Source of the DNA: Octopus bimaculoides
Taxonomy: Eukaryota
Direction: 5' to 3'
Length of the DNA stretch: 64,000 nucleotides
NCBI RefSeq assembly: GCF_001194135.2
Contig: NC_068981.1
Location: 120,408,492 to 120,472,491 of the forward strand
Part shown: in pieces, positions 63,721 through 64,000 of the stretch
How the letters are laid out: the number at the start of each line of letters is the position of its first letter
How positions within the stretch are numbered: position 1 is the first letter of the stretch
The notes under the pieces: model-generated
What the model saw: the letters and a program-made list of their open reading frames with translations, nothing else
What the model was told of the DNA's origin: nothing
Databases searched by the model: none
Translations under genes and position numbers: made by a program

Positions 63721-64000
63721 AGAATGCATCTAAATATACACGCACAACTAACTTTGATCTCTTAATTTAATCCTGTTTTTCTAACTCTATTCCCCCCCCT
63801 TTTTTTTCCTCTTCCCTCTTCCCCCCTTTCTTTCTGTTTGGATTTTGGCCATTAATATTATAGTTTTACCCATAAATAATACCACCCCACATTAATTTAT
63901 ATCTTATTTTAACTGGATATGTTTATCTTGTTCTAATTATTATTGTTCCCTATAGTTTTGAACTTAGTAGTTCAGTGCTTCATTGTATTATTCTATTTAT

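Noticed and set aside
1-64000. CRISPR array, rRNA or prokaryotic operon
   Set aside because: No regularly spaced repeat-spacer units or rRNA sequence; the window is intron-rich eukaryotic DNA.
1-64000. Link between high microsatellite density and an MLH1 defect
   Set aside because: All MLH1 exons seen are intact and in frame; the repeat load cannot be tied to repair deficiency from this sequence.

Overview
AT-rich, microsatellite- and SINE-dense animal genomic DNA. The repeat families look like those of an octopus/coleoid cephalopod (inference from recalled repeat families, not a database hit). The only host gene found is the mismatch-repair gene MLH1 on the minus strand: 11 coding exons with GT-AG introns between 50051 and 1116, totalling 1301 nt and splicing into one frame equivalent to human exons 2-13. 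The first coding exon and the C-terminal exons were not found in the window. The introns and upstream region hold decayed mobile DNA: a near full-length DD36E Tc1 element, mariner and DD37D relics and MITEs, piggyBac- and hAT-type MITEs, RTE, CR1/L2 and RLE LINE fragments, three Penelope-like fragments and many tRNA-derived SINEs. The most striking non-coding signal is a set of fold-back elements carrying minimal hammerhead ribozyme motifs. The best case is a 249-bp palindrome (48918-49166) with one hammerhead per arm. A ~710-bp palindrome derived from a Penelope 3' end (34070-34775) and a solitary motif at 8512-8553 show the U3:A8 core covariation. Several lie in the sense of the MLH1 pre-mRNA. 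Most other ORFs in the supplied track are microsatellite, repeat or N-gap artefacts.
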